From NCBI GenBank assembly GCA_947629325.1, contig CANRDE010000003.1:1-61836 (forward strand): a DNA stretch of 61,836 bases. Reading direction: 5' to 3'. Under the pieces are notes generated by a model. The model did not search any database. It was not told the DNA's origin and worked only from the letters and a program-made list of their open reading frames with translations. This document shows positions 45,081 to 54,525 of this stretch, piece after piece. How positions within the stretch are numbered: the stretch's first letter is position 1; each line of letters starts with the position of its first letter. The translations under genes were made by a program, and so were the position numbers. Origin of the DNA: an uncultured Bacilli bacterium (GTDB lineage Bacteria > Bacillota_I > Bacilli_A > RF39 > UBA660).

Positions 45081-46201
45081 TGAATAAAAAAGATTATTAT
45101 GAAGTATTAGGTGTTTCAAAGAATGCCACAGATGAGGAAATCAAAAGAGCTTTCCGAGTTTTAGCTAAGAAATATCATCCAGATGTTAATAAAGAACCGG
45201 GAGCGGCCGAAAAATTTAAAGAAATAGGTGAAGCTTATCAAGTTTTATCCGATAAAAACAAAAGAGCTCAATATGATCAATATGGTCATGCTGCTTTTGA
45301 TGGTGCTCAAGGCGGAGCAGGATTTGATATGGGTGACATTAATTTAGATGATATTCTTTCTAATCTTTTTGGCGGAGGATTTGGGGGCTTTTCGTCATTT
45401 TCCGGTTTTGGGGGAAATAGTCGAACCCGAAAATCTGCTCGCCGTGGTGAAGATTTATTAATGCATATTAAAATTTCGTTTGAAGAAGCCGTTAAGGGAT
45501 GCAAAAAGGACATTAGATTAACTGTCACTGAAAATTGTGATGAATGTAATGGTAAAGGTGGCTTTGGGGAAAAGAAATGTTCTACTTGTGATGGCCTTGG
45601 TGTTATAAGAGAAGAACAAAGAACATTATTTGGCATTATGCAAACCCAAAAAACATGTCCTAATTGTAATGGCTCAGGTAAAACTTATAAAGAAATATGC
45701 TCAGAATGCCGGGGAGAAGGCAGAGTTAAAAAGAATAAGACTTTAACTGTTACAGTACCAGCTGGAATAGATACAGGCAATCAACTTCGCTTAAGTGGTA
45801 AAGGTGGTGCCGGCATTAACGGGGGACCTAATGGGGATATTTACTTAGAATTTGAGGTAGAACCAGATAAATATTTTGAAAGACAAGATGATGATATCTA
45901 CTTAGAAGTTCCTGTTACTATTACGGAAGCGGTTCTAGGTTGTAAAAAAGAAATTCCTACGCTTAATGGCAATGGATATATAGAAATTAAACCTGGAACC
46001 CAAAATTATACTAAATTAAAATTAAGAGGTAAAGGTATAAAAGGGGTTAATAGTAAATCATATGGAGATATGTATGTTGTAATTAATATTATTATGCCAA
46101 CCAAATTAACTAAAAAGCAAAAAGATTTATTTAAAGAATTAGCTGAGACTGATTTAGAAACTGAACCGGAATTTAGAGATTTTCAAAAAGCTTTAAGATA
46201 A
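45080..46201 (+). CDS. dnaJ: co-chaperone DnaJ (type I)
   Basis: J domain KKYHPDVNK, a G/F region and four CxxCxGxG zinc-finger repeats. The ATG overlaps the pepF TAA (TAATG). Confidence 0.96.
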   Translation: MNKKDYYEVLGVSKNATDEEIKRAFRVLAKKYHPDVNKEPGAAEKFKEIGEAYQVLSDKNKRAQYDQYGHAAFDGAQGGAGFDMGDINLDDILSNLFGGGFGGFSSFSGFGGNSRTRKSARRGEDLLMHIKISFEEAVKGCKKDIRLTVTENCDECNGKGGFGEKKCSTCDGLGVIREEQRTLFGIMQTQKTCPNCNGSGKTYKEICSECRGEGRVKKNKTLTVTVPAGIDTGNQLRLSGKGGAGINGGPNGDIYLEFEVEPDKYFERQDDDIYLEVPVTITEAVLGCKKEIPTLNGNGYIEIKPGTQNYTKLKLRGKGIKGVNSKSYGDMYVVINIIMPTKLTKKQKDLFKELAETDLETEPEFRDFQKALR

Positions 46202-46244
46202 AATGTTAATTTTTGGTAAAATAGTCCAAATTTTTTGACACAAT

Positions 46245-46273
46245 TTGACATAAAATTAAATATATGCTATAAT
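46245..46273 (+). promoter_or_regulatory. consensus extended -10 sigmaA promoter (with a duplicated TTGACA)
   Basis: TTGACA (46245-46250), 17-nt spacer ending in TGc, TATAAT (46268-46273). A second TTGACA lies at 46235-46240. Confidence 0.65.
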
Positions 46274-46295
46274 TAATTTGTTCATTCAGGGGGAA

Positions 46296-46952
46296 ATGAT
46301 GAATAATTTAATTGAAAGCACATATGTCCTCCACATGTTGTGGGGTTACATGCGATATTTAATTTATAAATATAATTTAAGATACTTAGTATTGCCAGTG
46401 ATTTATTTAACAATAATATTATTGGTAGTACCAGCATCTAGTACTATAGTTAATACTTTTAATTACAAAGAAATGGACTCATTTACAGTAGTAGTATTAA
46501 CAAAAGAGGAAAAAATTCAAAATATTTTGGAAAAATATGATTTATCGGAATATCAATTTAAAGTGTTATGTGGTATTGTTCTAAGTGAAGCAGAATATAA
46601 TTCATATGATGATGCTTATGCGGTAATAAATACGATTTATAACCGTACGCATAGTAAAAATTGGGTAAAATCCGTTGATAACAAATTTGGCCAAGGAAAA
46701 GGAATGAACTTATATTATCAGGCCATATCACCAAATCAATTCGTTGTATATCAAAGCGGTAGTTATTTAAAACATATAAATGATACTAATAACTCTGGTT
46801 ATGATGCTATTATTGATTTCTTATATTCCGAGAATACACTTCATAATTACTTATCATTCAGATCACATAGTATTAAAGTAAACGGAAGTAAATCATATAG
46901 TAAAAATGGTAATAATTATTTTAATGAAATAAAAGAAGAAAATAGAATATAG
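46296..46952 (+). CDS. membrane-anchored SleB/CwlJ-type cell-wall hydrolase (Hydrolase_2)
   Basis: N-terminal TM segment, then LCGIVLSEAEYNSYDDAYAVINTIYNRTHS...AISPNQFVVYQSG. The ORF-track TTG 46278 sits only 5 nt after the -10 hexamer, so ATG 46296 or 46299 is preferred. Confidence 0.68.
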   Translation: MMNNLIESTYVLHMLWGYMRYLIYKYNLRYLVLPVIYLTIILLVVPASSTIVNTFNYKEMDSFTVVVLTKEEKIQNILEKYDLSEYQFKVLCGIVLSEAEYNSYDDAYAVINTIYNRTHSKNWVKSVDNKFGQGKGMNLYYQAISPNQFVVYQSGSYLKHINDTNNSGYDAIIDFLYSENTLHNYLSFRSHSIKVNGSKSYSKNGNNYFNEIKEENRI

Positions 46953-46994
46953 CAAAATATATTCTATTATGTTAGTTTAAAATAATTAAAATTA

Positions 46995-47019
46995 AAAAAA
47001 TCACTATTTAAGCGATTTT
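46995..47019 (-). terminator. intrinsic terminator of rnhC (minus strand)
   Basis: On the minus strand: AAAAUCGC-loop-GUGAUUUU (one G-U pair) followed by a U-run, directly after the stop codon. Confidence 0.5.
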
Positions 47020-47934
47020 TTATAGTCTATTAGCATTACTAAAATTCATTTTAGCAATTTCTTTTAGTTTATCTATTCCATATTCTTCTACAATTTCTTT
47101 AGCCACTTTATCAACATTTTCACCGGCGCCTTTAGGAAGTACAATTTGCAATTGCTCTGATAATTCATCCATCTTTCGCAAAAAGGTATAACGACTAATA
47201 ATAGAAGCACAAGCTACGCTTAATACTTTATCTTCAGCTTTGGTCATAAAAGTAATATGGTAAACTTTATTGGGCATATCTTCAATGTATTTATAAAAAT
47301 TTTCTTTACTACAAAATTCATCAACAATAATTTTGGCATAACTAAAATTGTTTTTTTCTTTTAATTCAAATAAAGCTTTATTATGTAAAATGGCCTTTAA
47401 TTTATTCATATTATTTTTTTGACTATAATGTTCGTTATAAGTTTTATTATCTAAAATAGTGGTCACATAAGGAATTCTTTTCATTATTTCCGGTGCTATT
47501 TGATTTATTTTTTCATCGGATATTTTTTTAGAGTCTTTAACTCTTAAATTTTGCAGAAATTCAAAATCATTATTAGAAACAAATGTAGCAGTAACAACGA
47601 TGGGGCCAAAAAAATCTCCTGTACCTACTTCATCTGATCCAATTGTAGACAAAGCAACAATATCTTTATTTAAAGCTTTCTCTTTTGTTTCTGTACCATC
47701 CAAATTAATAATTCGATTATTTAATTTTTTTTCTAAATCAATCCATATATTAGCATCAATATCTGCTGAAACCCCTTGAAACATTATTTTGCCACTCTCA
47801 TATAATGTGATAGTAGTATCAGCTTCCATAGCTTGAAATACAGCATAAGGGGGAGTTTTCTCTTTTCTCAAATCTTTATAATAATCAATAATTTTATCTT
47901 TTAAGTTATCAGATACTTTAAATACAATGGTCAT
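47020..47934 (-). CDS. rnhC: ribonuclease HIII
   Basis: GSDEVGTGDFFGPIVV catalytic DEXG block. About 300 aa starting at MTIVFKVS with SD GAGGTG. The ORF-track start 48030 would overlap the cvpA start. Confidence 0.85.
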   Translation of the reverse strand: MTIVFKVSDNLKDKIIDYYKDLRKEKTPPYAVFQAMEADTTITLYESGKIMFQGVSADIDANIWIDLEKKLNNRIINLDGTETKEKALNKDIVALSTIGSDEVGTGDFFGPIVVTATFVSNNDFEFLQNLRVKDSKKISDEKINQIAPEIMKRIPYVTTILDNKTYNEHYSQKNNMNKLKAILHNKALFELKEKNNFSYAKIIVDEFCSKENFYKYIEDMPNKVYHITFMTKAEDKVLSVACASIISRYTFLRKMDELSEQLQIVLPKGAGENVDKVAKEIVEEYGIDKLKEIAKMNFSNANRL

Positions 47935-48017
47935 TTTACACCTCAAAACAATTTTATCATATTCTGCTTTATTTTTCATTACAAATGTAATATAATTTAA
48001 AATAGGAGATGAGTAAA

Positions 48018-48746
48018 ATGAGTTTAGCAATTGATTTTTTAATAGTAGTTTTTCTATTATTAGGAGTTTACGCAGGACAAAAGAAAGGATTAATTAAATC
48101 ATTAGTAAGTTTAGTTGGATTAGTAGCTGTTATTATAATCAGTTATTCACTAAGATATTATTTAGCTGAATTCTTGATTGATAACATGCCATTCTTTAAC
48201 TTTGTTGGTTTTGAGGGATTAACGGCATTAAATATTTTGGTATATAATGTTTTAGCCTTTATTGTAATTTTTATTTTACTTTATTGCGTTTTAAATATTA
48301 TTATTTCCGTTACAGGATTTATTGATACACTCCTAAAATTTACAGTGATTTGGATAATTCCTTCAAAAATAGGTGGGGCGATTATTGGTTTTGTTGAAGC
48401 TTGGGTATTCTTATTTTTAGTAGTTTTTGCTTTAGGTTCATTCAATATTTCAGCTAATTGGATTCTTGATAGCAAGATTTCTGATTTTATGATTAATCAT
48501 ACCCCAGTAGTTGGTAATTATTTATATGGTGTAGCAACTGGTGCTAAAGAAATATATACTAGTATAAAAGAATTACAAGAAGATGAATCTAATAGTACTC
48601 AAGATATTAATTTACATATTTTACAATTAGAAATTAGTTATGGTTTAATTACCAAAGATAAAGCCCAAGAATTAATTGATACTGGTAAACTTGATTTAAA
48701 TAATGTAATGTTTGGCAAAGGCTTCGAACAATGGTTAAATATTTAA
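48018..48746 (+). CDS. cvpA: CvpA-family membrane protein
   Basis: Polytopic CvpA-like N-terminus (IDFLIVVFLLLGVYAGQKKGLIKSL). Divergent from rnhC as in B. subtilis. SD AGGAGA lies 8 nt before ATG 48018. Confidence 0.72.
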   Translation: MSLAIDFLIVVFLLLGVYAGQKKGLIKSLVSLVGLVAVIIISYSLRYYLAEFLIDNMPFFNFVGFEGLTALNILVYNVLAFIVIFILLYCVLNIIISVTGFIDTLLKFTVIWIIPSKIGGAIIGFVEAWVFLFLVVFALGSFNISANWILDSKISDFMINHTPVVGNYLYGVATGAKEIYTSIKELQEDESNSTQDINLHILQLEISYGLITKDKAQELIDTGKLDLNNVMFGKGFEQWLNI

Positions 48747-49036
48747 CAAAAGAAGAAGAGCTTTTTGATTTAGTTGAGAAAGGCGTTAATTTAGTTGAAT
48801 ATTACACGGAGTGGTGTGGCCCTTGTAAAATGCTCAGTAATATTTTAGAAGAAATTGATTACATGGATATCATTAAAGTTGATGCCGAAAAATTTCAAAA
48901 TTTAGCTGTTAAATTTGGTATTATGAGCGTACCAACGTTATGCTTTTTTAAAGACGGAGTAATGGCCCGAAAAGAAATAGGTTATCGGACTCCGGAAGAA
49001 ATTAAAGATATTTATAAAAAATTAGTGGATGATTAA
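48731..49036 (+). CDS. trxA: thioredoxin
   Basis: WCGPCK active site and the VPTL cis-Pro loop. 101 aa. Confidence 0.88.
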   Translation: MVKYLTKEEELFDLVEKGVNLVEYYTEWCGPCKMLSNILEEIDYMDIIKVDAEKFQNLAVKFGIMSVPTLCFFKDGVMARKEIGYRTPEEIKDIYKKLVDD

Positions 49037-49389
49037 TCCACTTTTTTTATAACTTCTAAAGCACTATTTAGATAAGATCTAGTTAAAAGTCCAGTTCCTA
49101 ATTTAACACCACCAAAATATCTTACCACGGCAATGAGTACATTATCTAAATTATTTTGAAGTATCACATTATATATTGGGGTTCCGGCCGTATTAGCAGG
49201 TTCTTTATCATCAGTTTTTTTAATTATATTACCAAGTTTATAAGCATAAGGTATATGCCTAGCTCTTTTATGTTCTTTTTTTAAATTAGATAAAACTGTT
49301 GTGATTTCATCAATATTATTAATAGAAAAATAATAAGCAATAAATTTTGATTTTTTAATTTCTAACGTATAATTATTTATAAGTTTCAT
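49033..49389 (-). CDS. YigZ/IMPACT N-terminal-domain (UPF0029) protein, short form
   Basis: IKKSKFIAYY..., ARHIPYAY, DDKEPANTAGTPI and VVRYFGGVKLGTGLLTRSY. At 118 aa it lacks the usual C-terminal domain. Confidence 0.75.
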   Translation of the reverse strand: MKLINNYTLEIKKSKFIAYYFSINNIDEITTVLSNLKKEHKRARHIPYAYKLGNIIKKTDDKEPANTAGTPIYNVILQNNLDNVLIAVVRYFGGVKLGTGLLTRSYLNSALEVIKKVD

Positions 49390-49510
49390 ATATTCTCCTT
49401 TTTATCATTGTAACATAAAATAAAATATCTTTGACATATTTATACAATTATAAATAAAGATATTTTATTTTTAGAAGATTGATGTGTTAAAATTAGTAAG
49501 GAGGATAAAT

Positions 49511-50041
49511 ATGGACTGGTTAGAAATAAAAGAATTTTTTAAAGATGCTTTTAAATATATTTTAATAATTGTTGTTGTCCTTTTTTTAGCAGTTTATGTA
49601 GTGGGATTGCAACAAGTAGTAGGCCCTTCTATGTCGCCTAATTTAAAAAATGGAGATATATTAATATTGGATAAAATTACGTATCGCTTTAAAAACATAA
49701 ATAGAGGGGATGTTGTTTCCTTATATTATGCTGATTCTAAATATTTAATCAAAAGAGTAGTGGGTTTACCTCATGAATATGTGGAATTCCAAAATGGTGA
49801 GTTATATATTGATGGTACTAAATATGAAGAAGAATATTTAAATGGTGTTCAAACGGCTAATTTTTCTTTAAATGAATTAGGCTATAACGAAATACCGGAT
49901 GATATGTATTTGGTTTTAGGGGATAATAGAGGCGATTCTTTAGATAGTAGAGATGCATCTGTAGGTTTGATTAAAAAAAGTGATATATTGGGGAAAGTCA
50001 GATTAAGAATTTGGCCTTTAAATCAAATGAAAATAGTGTAA
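49511..50041 (+). CDS. lepB: signal peptidase I
   Basis: GPSMSPNL (Ser), IKRVVGLP (Lys) and GDNRGDSLDSR. SD AAGGAGG lies before ATG 49511. Confidence 0.9.
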   Translation: MDWLEIKEFFKDAFKYILIIVVVLFLAVYVVGLQQVVGPSMSPNLKNGDILILDKITYRFKNINRGDVVSLYYADSKYLIKRVVGLPHEYVEFQNGELYIDGTKYEEEYLNGVQTANFSLNELGYNEIPDDMYLVLGDNRGDSLDSRDASVGLIKKSDILGKVRLRIWPLNQMKIV

Positions 50042-50071
50042 AAAATAACCATATTTTTTTAATAAATCTTC

Positions 50072-50100
50072 TAGACATTATCAATCTTTTGTTCTATAAT
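50072..50100 (+). promoter_or_regulatory. sigmaA promoter of the large surface-protein gene
   Basis: TAGACA (50072-50077), 17-nt spacer, TATAAT (50095-50100). Confidence 0.55.
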
Positions 50101-50165
50101 ATACTTGAATGTGAAATATTTTCGTCATATTTTACATAATTATTTGTTAAGGGTAGGAGGTTTTT

Positions 50166-53100
50166 ATGGAAAATAAGAAAAAATTTGTTATTATTTTGAT
50201 TGTCTTATTTATCTTCTTAGGTTTAACAATTTTTACATTTGCTAATCCAGGCGATGATGAATTAAAAGGAAATGGTGGCAATACAAATAATAGTAATGTT
50301 ACCGACAAAGATAAAAACGATGATCAAAATAGCAGCTCAGATTTAGATAATGATGCTGAGACTACTGATGATAATAGAGTCCAAAATCCTGTTAATGGGG
50401 CCGCAAATGCTGAAGCACCTGTAGATGATACTTATGCAAAAGCATTACAAGCAGTAATTGAAGCAGAACAAAAAATTGAAAGTAATTCTTATGGTTCAGC
50501 ACAATCATTAGTTGATGATTTAAAAAATGAATCACAAAAAACAGAATTACAAGAAAGATTAGACGAAGTTCAAGAAGGAATAGATGTTAAAGGCTTAGTA
50601 GAAAGTTTAAGACAACAAACTAAGGCAGCAACTAATAAAGCAGAGCTTGATCAAGCAAGAGATTTTAGAACTTCAAAAGATATTGTAAGTAAAGTAGCTG
50701 ATTTAACTATTGAAAATTTAAAAGACGAATTAAATAAAACATTAGATGAATTAGCTAAGACATTGGATGATGTTCAAGCACCTACAATTACAGGTGTTGA
50801 AAACAATTCAATCAATAATAAAAAAGTTGCCTTAACTGTTGATGATCAAAATGCCAAAGCAACAGTTAACGGAAAGGAAGTTTCTTTAAATGAATTAACA
50901 TTTGAAGAAGATGGTACATATACAGTAACCGTTACTGATGAAGCATTTAATGAAACTACAGTAGAATTTACTATTGATATGGCAATGCCAATCGGAACAG
51001 TAACATATAGTGAAACAGAATGGACAAATAATGATGTAACAGTTACAATGACTACAAGTGAAGCAATTGAAACACCAGCAGGTTGGACAAAAGTAGATGA
51101 TAAGACATTTACTAAAGTTTATACTGAAAATACAACAGAAACAGTAGAAATAACTGATAAAGCTGGTAATAAAGGTTCAGTTGACGTAGCAATAAGCAAT
51201 ATTGATAAAGAAGAACCAACTGTAGCAATAGGTGGAACAACAGGAAGTAAATATTGGAAACAACCATATGAATTTACAGTAACAATAACAGAAGATAATT
51301 TAGAATCTGTATATTATGCATGGAATGGATCAAATAATGAAAATAGCATGAAAAGTGCATTAAATTCAGCTAGTGCAATAAAAGTAGCTGAAGAAGATAT
51401 AACAGATAATGGTGATGGAACATATACAGTAAAAATTAAAGCTGATGTCGAAGGCAGACATATGTTTAACATCAAGGTAGTAGATAAAGCCGGAAATGAA
51501 ACAATGGAAAGAAAAGGATGGTATCAAATAGATGCCACAGCACCAAGTATACTAGTAGGAGAGACAGTATATGGACCAGAACATACAGAGACAATATATA
51601 TAACAGGAGAAAGATTTACCGGAAAAGGAATAGATGAATTAAGTGGAATAGCAACATCAAAAGTAAACGGTGCAGATAGAATGACATTTAATCAAAGTTG
51701 GGCAGGTCCATATACAGTAGTATTGACTGACAAAGCTGGTAATACTAGTACTTTTAAAGTAGTTTTAGATAAAGATATTCCTGTTATTAAAGGGGCTGAA
51801 GATGGTGGATATTACAACACCCCAGTTACCTTAACAGTTGAAGAAAAAAATATTGATAATGTGGTATTAACAAAAGATGGTAATGTAGTTGAAGGTTATA
51901 CTTTAGGAACAGAAATTAGTGAAGAAGGGGAATATACTTTAACTGTAACAGATAAAGTAAACAATACTGTTTCTATTACCTTTACTATTGATAAAACTAA
52001 ACCAGAAGTAAAATTATATGTTGTTAAAGGCAATAAAGAAGTTGAACCAGGATATTATACTGATGATATGTATGCCATTATAACTGATGCCCATGAATAC
52101 ACAGCATTATTAAATGGGGCAGAATATATAAGTGGAACTAAAATTAGCAGAGGAAATTATACATTAGTTGTAACTGATGTAGCTGGTAACTCTGTAACAG
52201 TTGAATTTGGAGTAGATAAGAATCCTCCAGCATTTAAATTGAATGGTCAAAAGATAGAAAAAAAACATGAAGAAGTAATGTATTATGATGAAGATGTAAC
52301 TGTTACTTATTCTGAATTAAATGAAGTAAGTTTCACATTTGAAAAAGATGGTGAAGCATTAGAATTTACAAATGGAATGACATTAACAAAAAATGGTAGA
52401 TACTATGTAAAAGCTACTGATAAAGCTGGAAATGTAACTGAATTTACATTTGTAATTGATAAAGAAGAACCAACTGTAGCAATAGGTGGAACAACAGGAA
52501 GTAAATATTGGAAACAACCATATGAATTTACAGTAACAATAACAGAAGATAATTTAGAATCTGTATATTATGCATGGAATGGATCAAATAATGAAAATAG
52601 CATGAAAAGTGCATTAAATTCAGCTAGTGCAATAAAAGTAGCTGAAGAAGATATAACAGATAATGGTGATGGAACATATACAGTAAAAATTAAAGCTGAT
52701 GTCGAAGGCAGACATATGTTTAACATCAAGGTAGTAGATAAAGCCGGAAATGAAACAATGGAAAGAAAAGGATGGTATCAAATAGATGCCACAGCACCAA
52801 GTATACTAGTAGGAGAGACAGTATATGGACCAGAACATACAGAGACAATATATATAACAGGAGAAAGATTTACCGGAAAAGGAATAGATGAATTAAGTGG
52901 AATAGCAACATCAAAAGTAAACGGTGCAGATAGAATGACATTTAATCAAAGTTGGGCAGGTCCATATACAGTAGTATTGACTGACAAAGCTGGTAATACT
53001 AGTACTTTTAAAGTTGTTTTGTCTAGAAAAGGTCCAGAAGCTCAAAAAGTAAATGTTAATATTTCTAACGGAACATATCCTAATGTTAAAGCAGGAGATA

Positions 53101-53966
53101 CAGTTCATATTGAAGCTGAATATTATGCTTCTAATAAACCTAAAACTGTTGAAATCGCTATGAATGGTGTTAAAGTTGAAAACATCAAAATAGCTGGAGT
53201 TGCATATCCAGGCAATTCTGAAATGAGATATGGATATTCTACTGATTTGGTAATTCCTGATACTGTTAAGCCAGGAGATGTTGTTACTATTACCATAACA
53301 GCAATTGGCGAAGATGATGGTGTTTCTGTTATCACTAAAGAGTTAACAGTAATAGGAGAATTAAATTCTGATTTAGCTAATATGACAGCTAATGTAACTG
53401 CTGATGGCATCGTTATGGACGAGTTCCCTTATCTTGCCATGGCTTATAGCAAAACTCAAACAGGAAATACTTTGAAAGAAAGCACAATTACTGTTACATC
53501 TGCAAATGATGAAGAATATAATGAGTTTATTGCTAAAGGTTACCGTCCAGAGTCTGTTATATGGTGGGCACAATTTAGTTGTGATTCTACTAGATGTGAA
53601 GGATTTAATGAACGTGGTACAAATAATAAAAATGCTACAATAGTTGAAGGTAGAAGAGGCGATGTTTCTATCGTTATGGAAGCTCCAGCAGCCAAAGAAG
53701 GATATGAATTTGTTGGTTGGGAAGTATCTACTATCGATTATAGTGGTATAAAAATTCAAGGCTTTGAAGCTAAATATGAACCAGTAGTTAGTAATGAAGC
53801 AAATATAGATTTAGAACAAGATAGTATTATTTTAGCAACATTTTTAGATGATGCTATAATGGAAGCTCCTCAAACTGAAGTAGAAGCTTTTGAAGAATAT
53901 AATGGTTTTAATTTTATTGGTTCATTAAGCTATGAATTAAATTATATAAAATCAATTAATATTTAA
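50166..53966 (+). CDS. 1266-aa secreted or N-terminally anchored multi-domain surface protein (Ig-like repeats; C-terminal Listeria-Bacteroides-repeat-like module)
   Basis: N-terminal TM/signal segment. Helical region. About 10 divergent beta-rich modules, each ending in a (T)VTD(K/E/V)AGN...(F)TID motif. C-terminal EGYEFVGWEV motif. No LPXTG. Confidence 0.85.
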   Translation: MENKKKFVIILIVLFIFLGLTIFTFANPGDDELKGNGGNTNNSNVTDKDKNDDQNSSSDLDNDAETTDDNRVQNPVNGAANAEAPVDDTYAKALQAVIEAEQKIESNSYGSAQSLVDDLKNESQKTELQERLDEVQEGIDVKGLVESLRQQTKAATNKAELDQARDFRTSKDIVSKVADLTIENLKDELNKTLDELAKTLDDVQAPTITGVENNSINNKKVALTVDDQNAKATVNGKEVSLNELTFEEDGTYTVTVTDEAFNETTVEFTIDMAMPIGTVTYSETEWTNNDVTVTMTTSEAIETPAGWTKVDDKTFTKVYTENTTETVEITDKAGNKGSVDVAISNIDKEEPTVAIGGTTGSKYWKQPYEFTVTITEDNLESVYYAWNGSNNENSMKSALNSASAIKVAEEDITDNGDGTYTVKIKADVEGRHMFNIKVVDKAGNETMERKGWYQIDATAPSILVGETVYGPEHTETIYITGERFTGKGIDELSGIATSKVNGADRMTFNQSWAGPYTVVLTDKAGNTSTFKVVLDKDIPVIKGAEDGGYYNTPVTLTVEEKNIDNVVLTKDGNVVEGYTLGTEISEEGEYTLTVTDKVNNTVSITFTIDKTKPEVKLYVVKGNKEVEPGYYTDDMYAIITDAHEYTALLNGAEYISGTKISRGNYTLVVTDVAGNSVTVEFGVDKNPPAFKLNGQKIEKKHEEVMYYDEDVTVTYSELNEVSFTFEKDGEALEFTNGMTLTKNGRYYVKATDKAGNVTEFTFVIDKEEPTVAIGGTTGSKYWKQPYEFTVTITEDNLESVYYAWNGSNNENSMKSALNSASAIKVAEEDITDNGDGTYTVKIKADVEGRHMFNIKVVDKAGNETMERKGWYQIDATAPSILVGETVYGPEHTETIYITGERFTGKGIDELSGIATSKVNGADRMTFNQSWAGPYTVVLTDKAGNTSTFKVVLSRKGPEAQKVNVNISNGTYPNVKAGDTVHIEAEYYASNKPKTVEIAMNGVKVENIKIAGVAYPGNSEMRYGYSTDLVIPDTVKPGDVVTITITAIGEDDGVSVITKELTVIGELNSDLANMTANVTADGIVMDEFPYLAMAYSKTQTGNTLKESTITVTSANDEEYNEFIAKGYRPESVIWWAQFSCDSTRCEGFNERGTNNKNATIVEGRRGDVSIVMEAPAAKEGYEFVGWEVSTIDYSGIKIQGFEAKYEPVVSNEANIDLEQDSIILATFLDDAIMEAPQTEVEAFEEYNGFNFIGSLSYELNYIKSINI
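51201..51760 (+). repeat. intragenic direct repeat, copy 1 (560 bp, identical to copy 2)
   Basis: Line-by-line comparison with 52455-53014 shows no mismatch. The first divergence is at 51761 versus 53015. Confidence 0.9.
52455..53014 (+). repeat. intragenic direct repeat, copy 2
   Basis: Offset of exactly 1254 bp (418 codons) from copy 1. Both copies encode the same 186-aa segment DKEEPTVAIGG...TSTFKVVL. Confidence 0.9.
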
Positions 53967-53973
53967 TAGTAAA

Positions 53974-54009
53974 GAAAGTTTACAGTTAATTGTAAACTTC
54001 TTTTTTTTT
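53974..54009 (+). terminator. strong intrinsic terminator after the surface-protein gene
   Basis: Stem GAAAGTTTACA / TGTAAACTTC with loop GTTAAT, followed by 9 T. Confidence 0.8.
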
Positions 54010-54057
54010 GTTCTAGTTTATGTTAGAATTAGATTAGAAATATAGAGGTGTTTAAGC

Positions 54058-54450
54058 ATGGCGTATATAAAATTTAAAGAATTAACTAAATATTTTGATT
54101 TAAAAATGGAAGTTAGAGAAGATGATTTACCTGATTATGCTAAAGAATATATAGAGGATAATGAACAAATTATATTATCTTATAAAAACAGTAAAGATTA
54201 TGCCGTTTTTACCGATAAAAAAATGGTACTTTTTGACCGTGACTCCTTAGCAGTTTATTATAAGAAAATTCATATTATTCCTTATATTTCTATTTCCACA
54301 AGTGCTATTAATTTTAAACCGGGCAAGACAGAATTATTACTTAGTTTAGATAGTGGTTATCAAATGCATATTAATTTTATAGATATGAACCATGATAAAA
54401 AAGAAAATTTAAAAAGAGTATTTAAAATTATGATGAAAACTAAAATATAA
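54058..54450 (+). CDS. bacterial PH-domain (YokE-like) protein
   Basis: 130-aa protein with ...EQIILSYKNSKDYAVFTDKKMVLFD...IIPYISIS... typical of bPH/YokE-like proteins. Confidence 0.55.
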   Translation: MAYIKFKELTKYFDLKMEVREDDLPDYAKEYIEDNEQIILSYKNSKDYAVFTDKKMVLFDRDSLAVYYKKIHIIPYISISTSAINFKPGKTELLLSLDSGYQMHINFIDMNHDKKENLKRVFKIMMKTKI

Positions 54451-54469
54451 AATAGCTTTTAACCATTAA

Positions 54470-54498
54470 TTTACACTTATATTTTTATATGTTATACT
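54470..54498 (+). promoter_or_regulatory. sigmaA promoter of uvrC
   Basis: TTTACA (54470-54475), 17-nt spacer, TATACT (54493-54498). Confidence 0.55.
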
Positions 54499-54525
54499 AA
54501 AAATATTAATGGATGTGTGATTTTA

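Noticed and set aside
52911-53759. Three minus-strand ORFs (52911-53108, 53123-53410, 53373-53759) inside the large surface-protein gene.
   Set aside because: They are embedded antisense to a long, clearly coding, motif-rich frame with no start context.
50166-53966. A diversity-generating retroelement or CRISPR-like explanation for the repeats in the surface-protein gene.
   Set aside because: The two copies are identical, with no adenine-specific TR/VR differences. There is no reverse transcriptase and there are no short spacer-interspersed repeats. A plain tandem segmental duplication explains the pattern.
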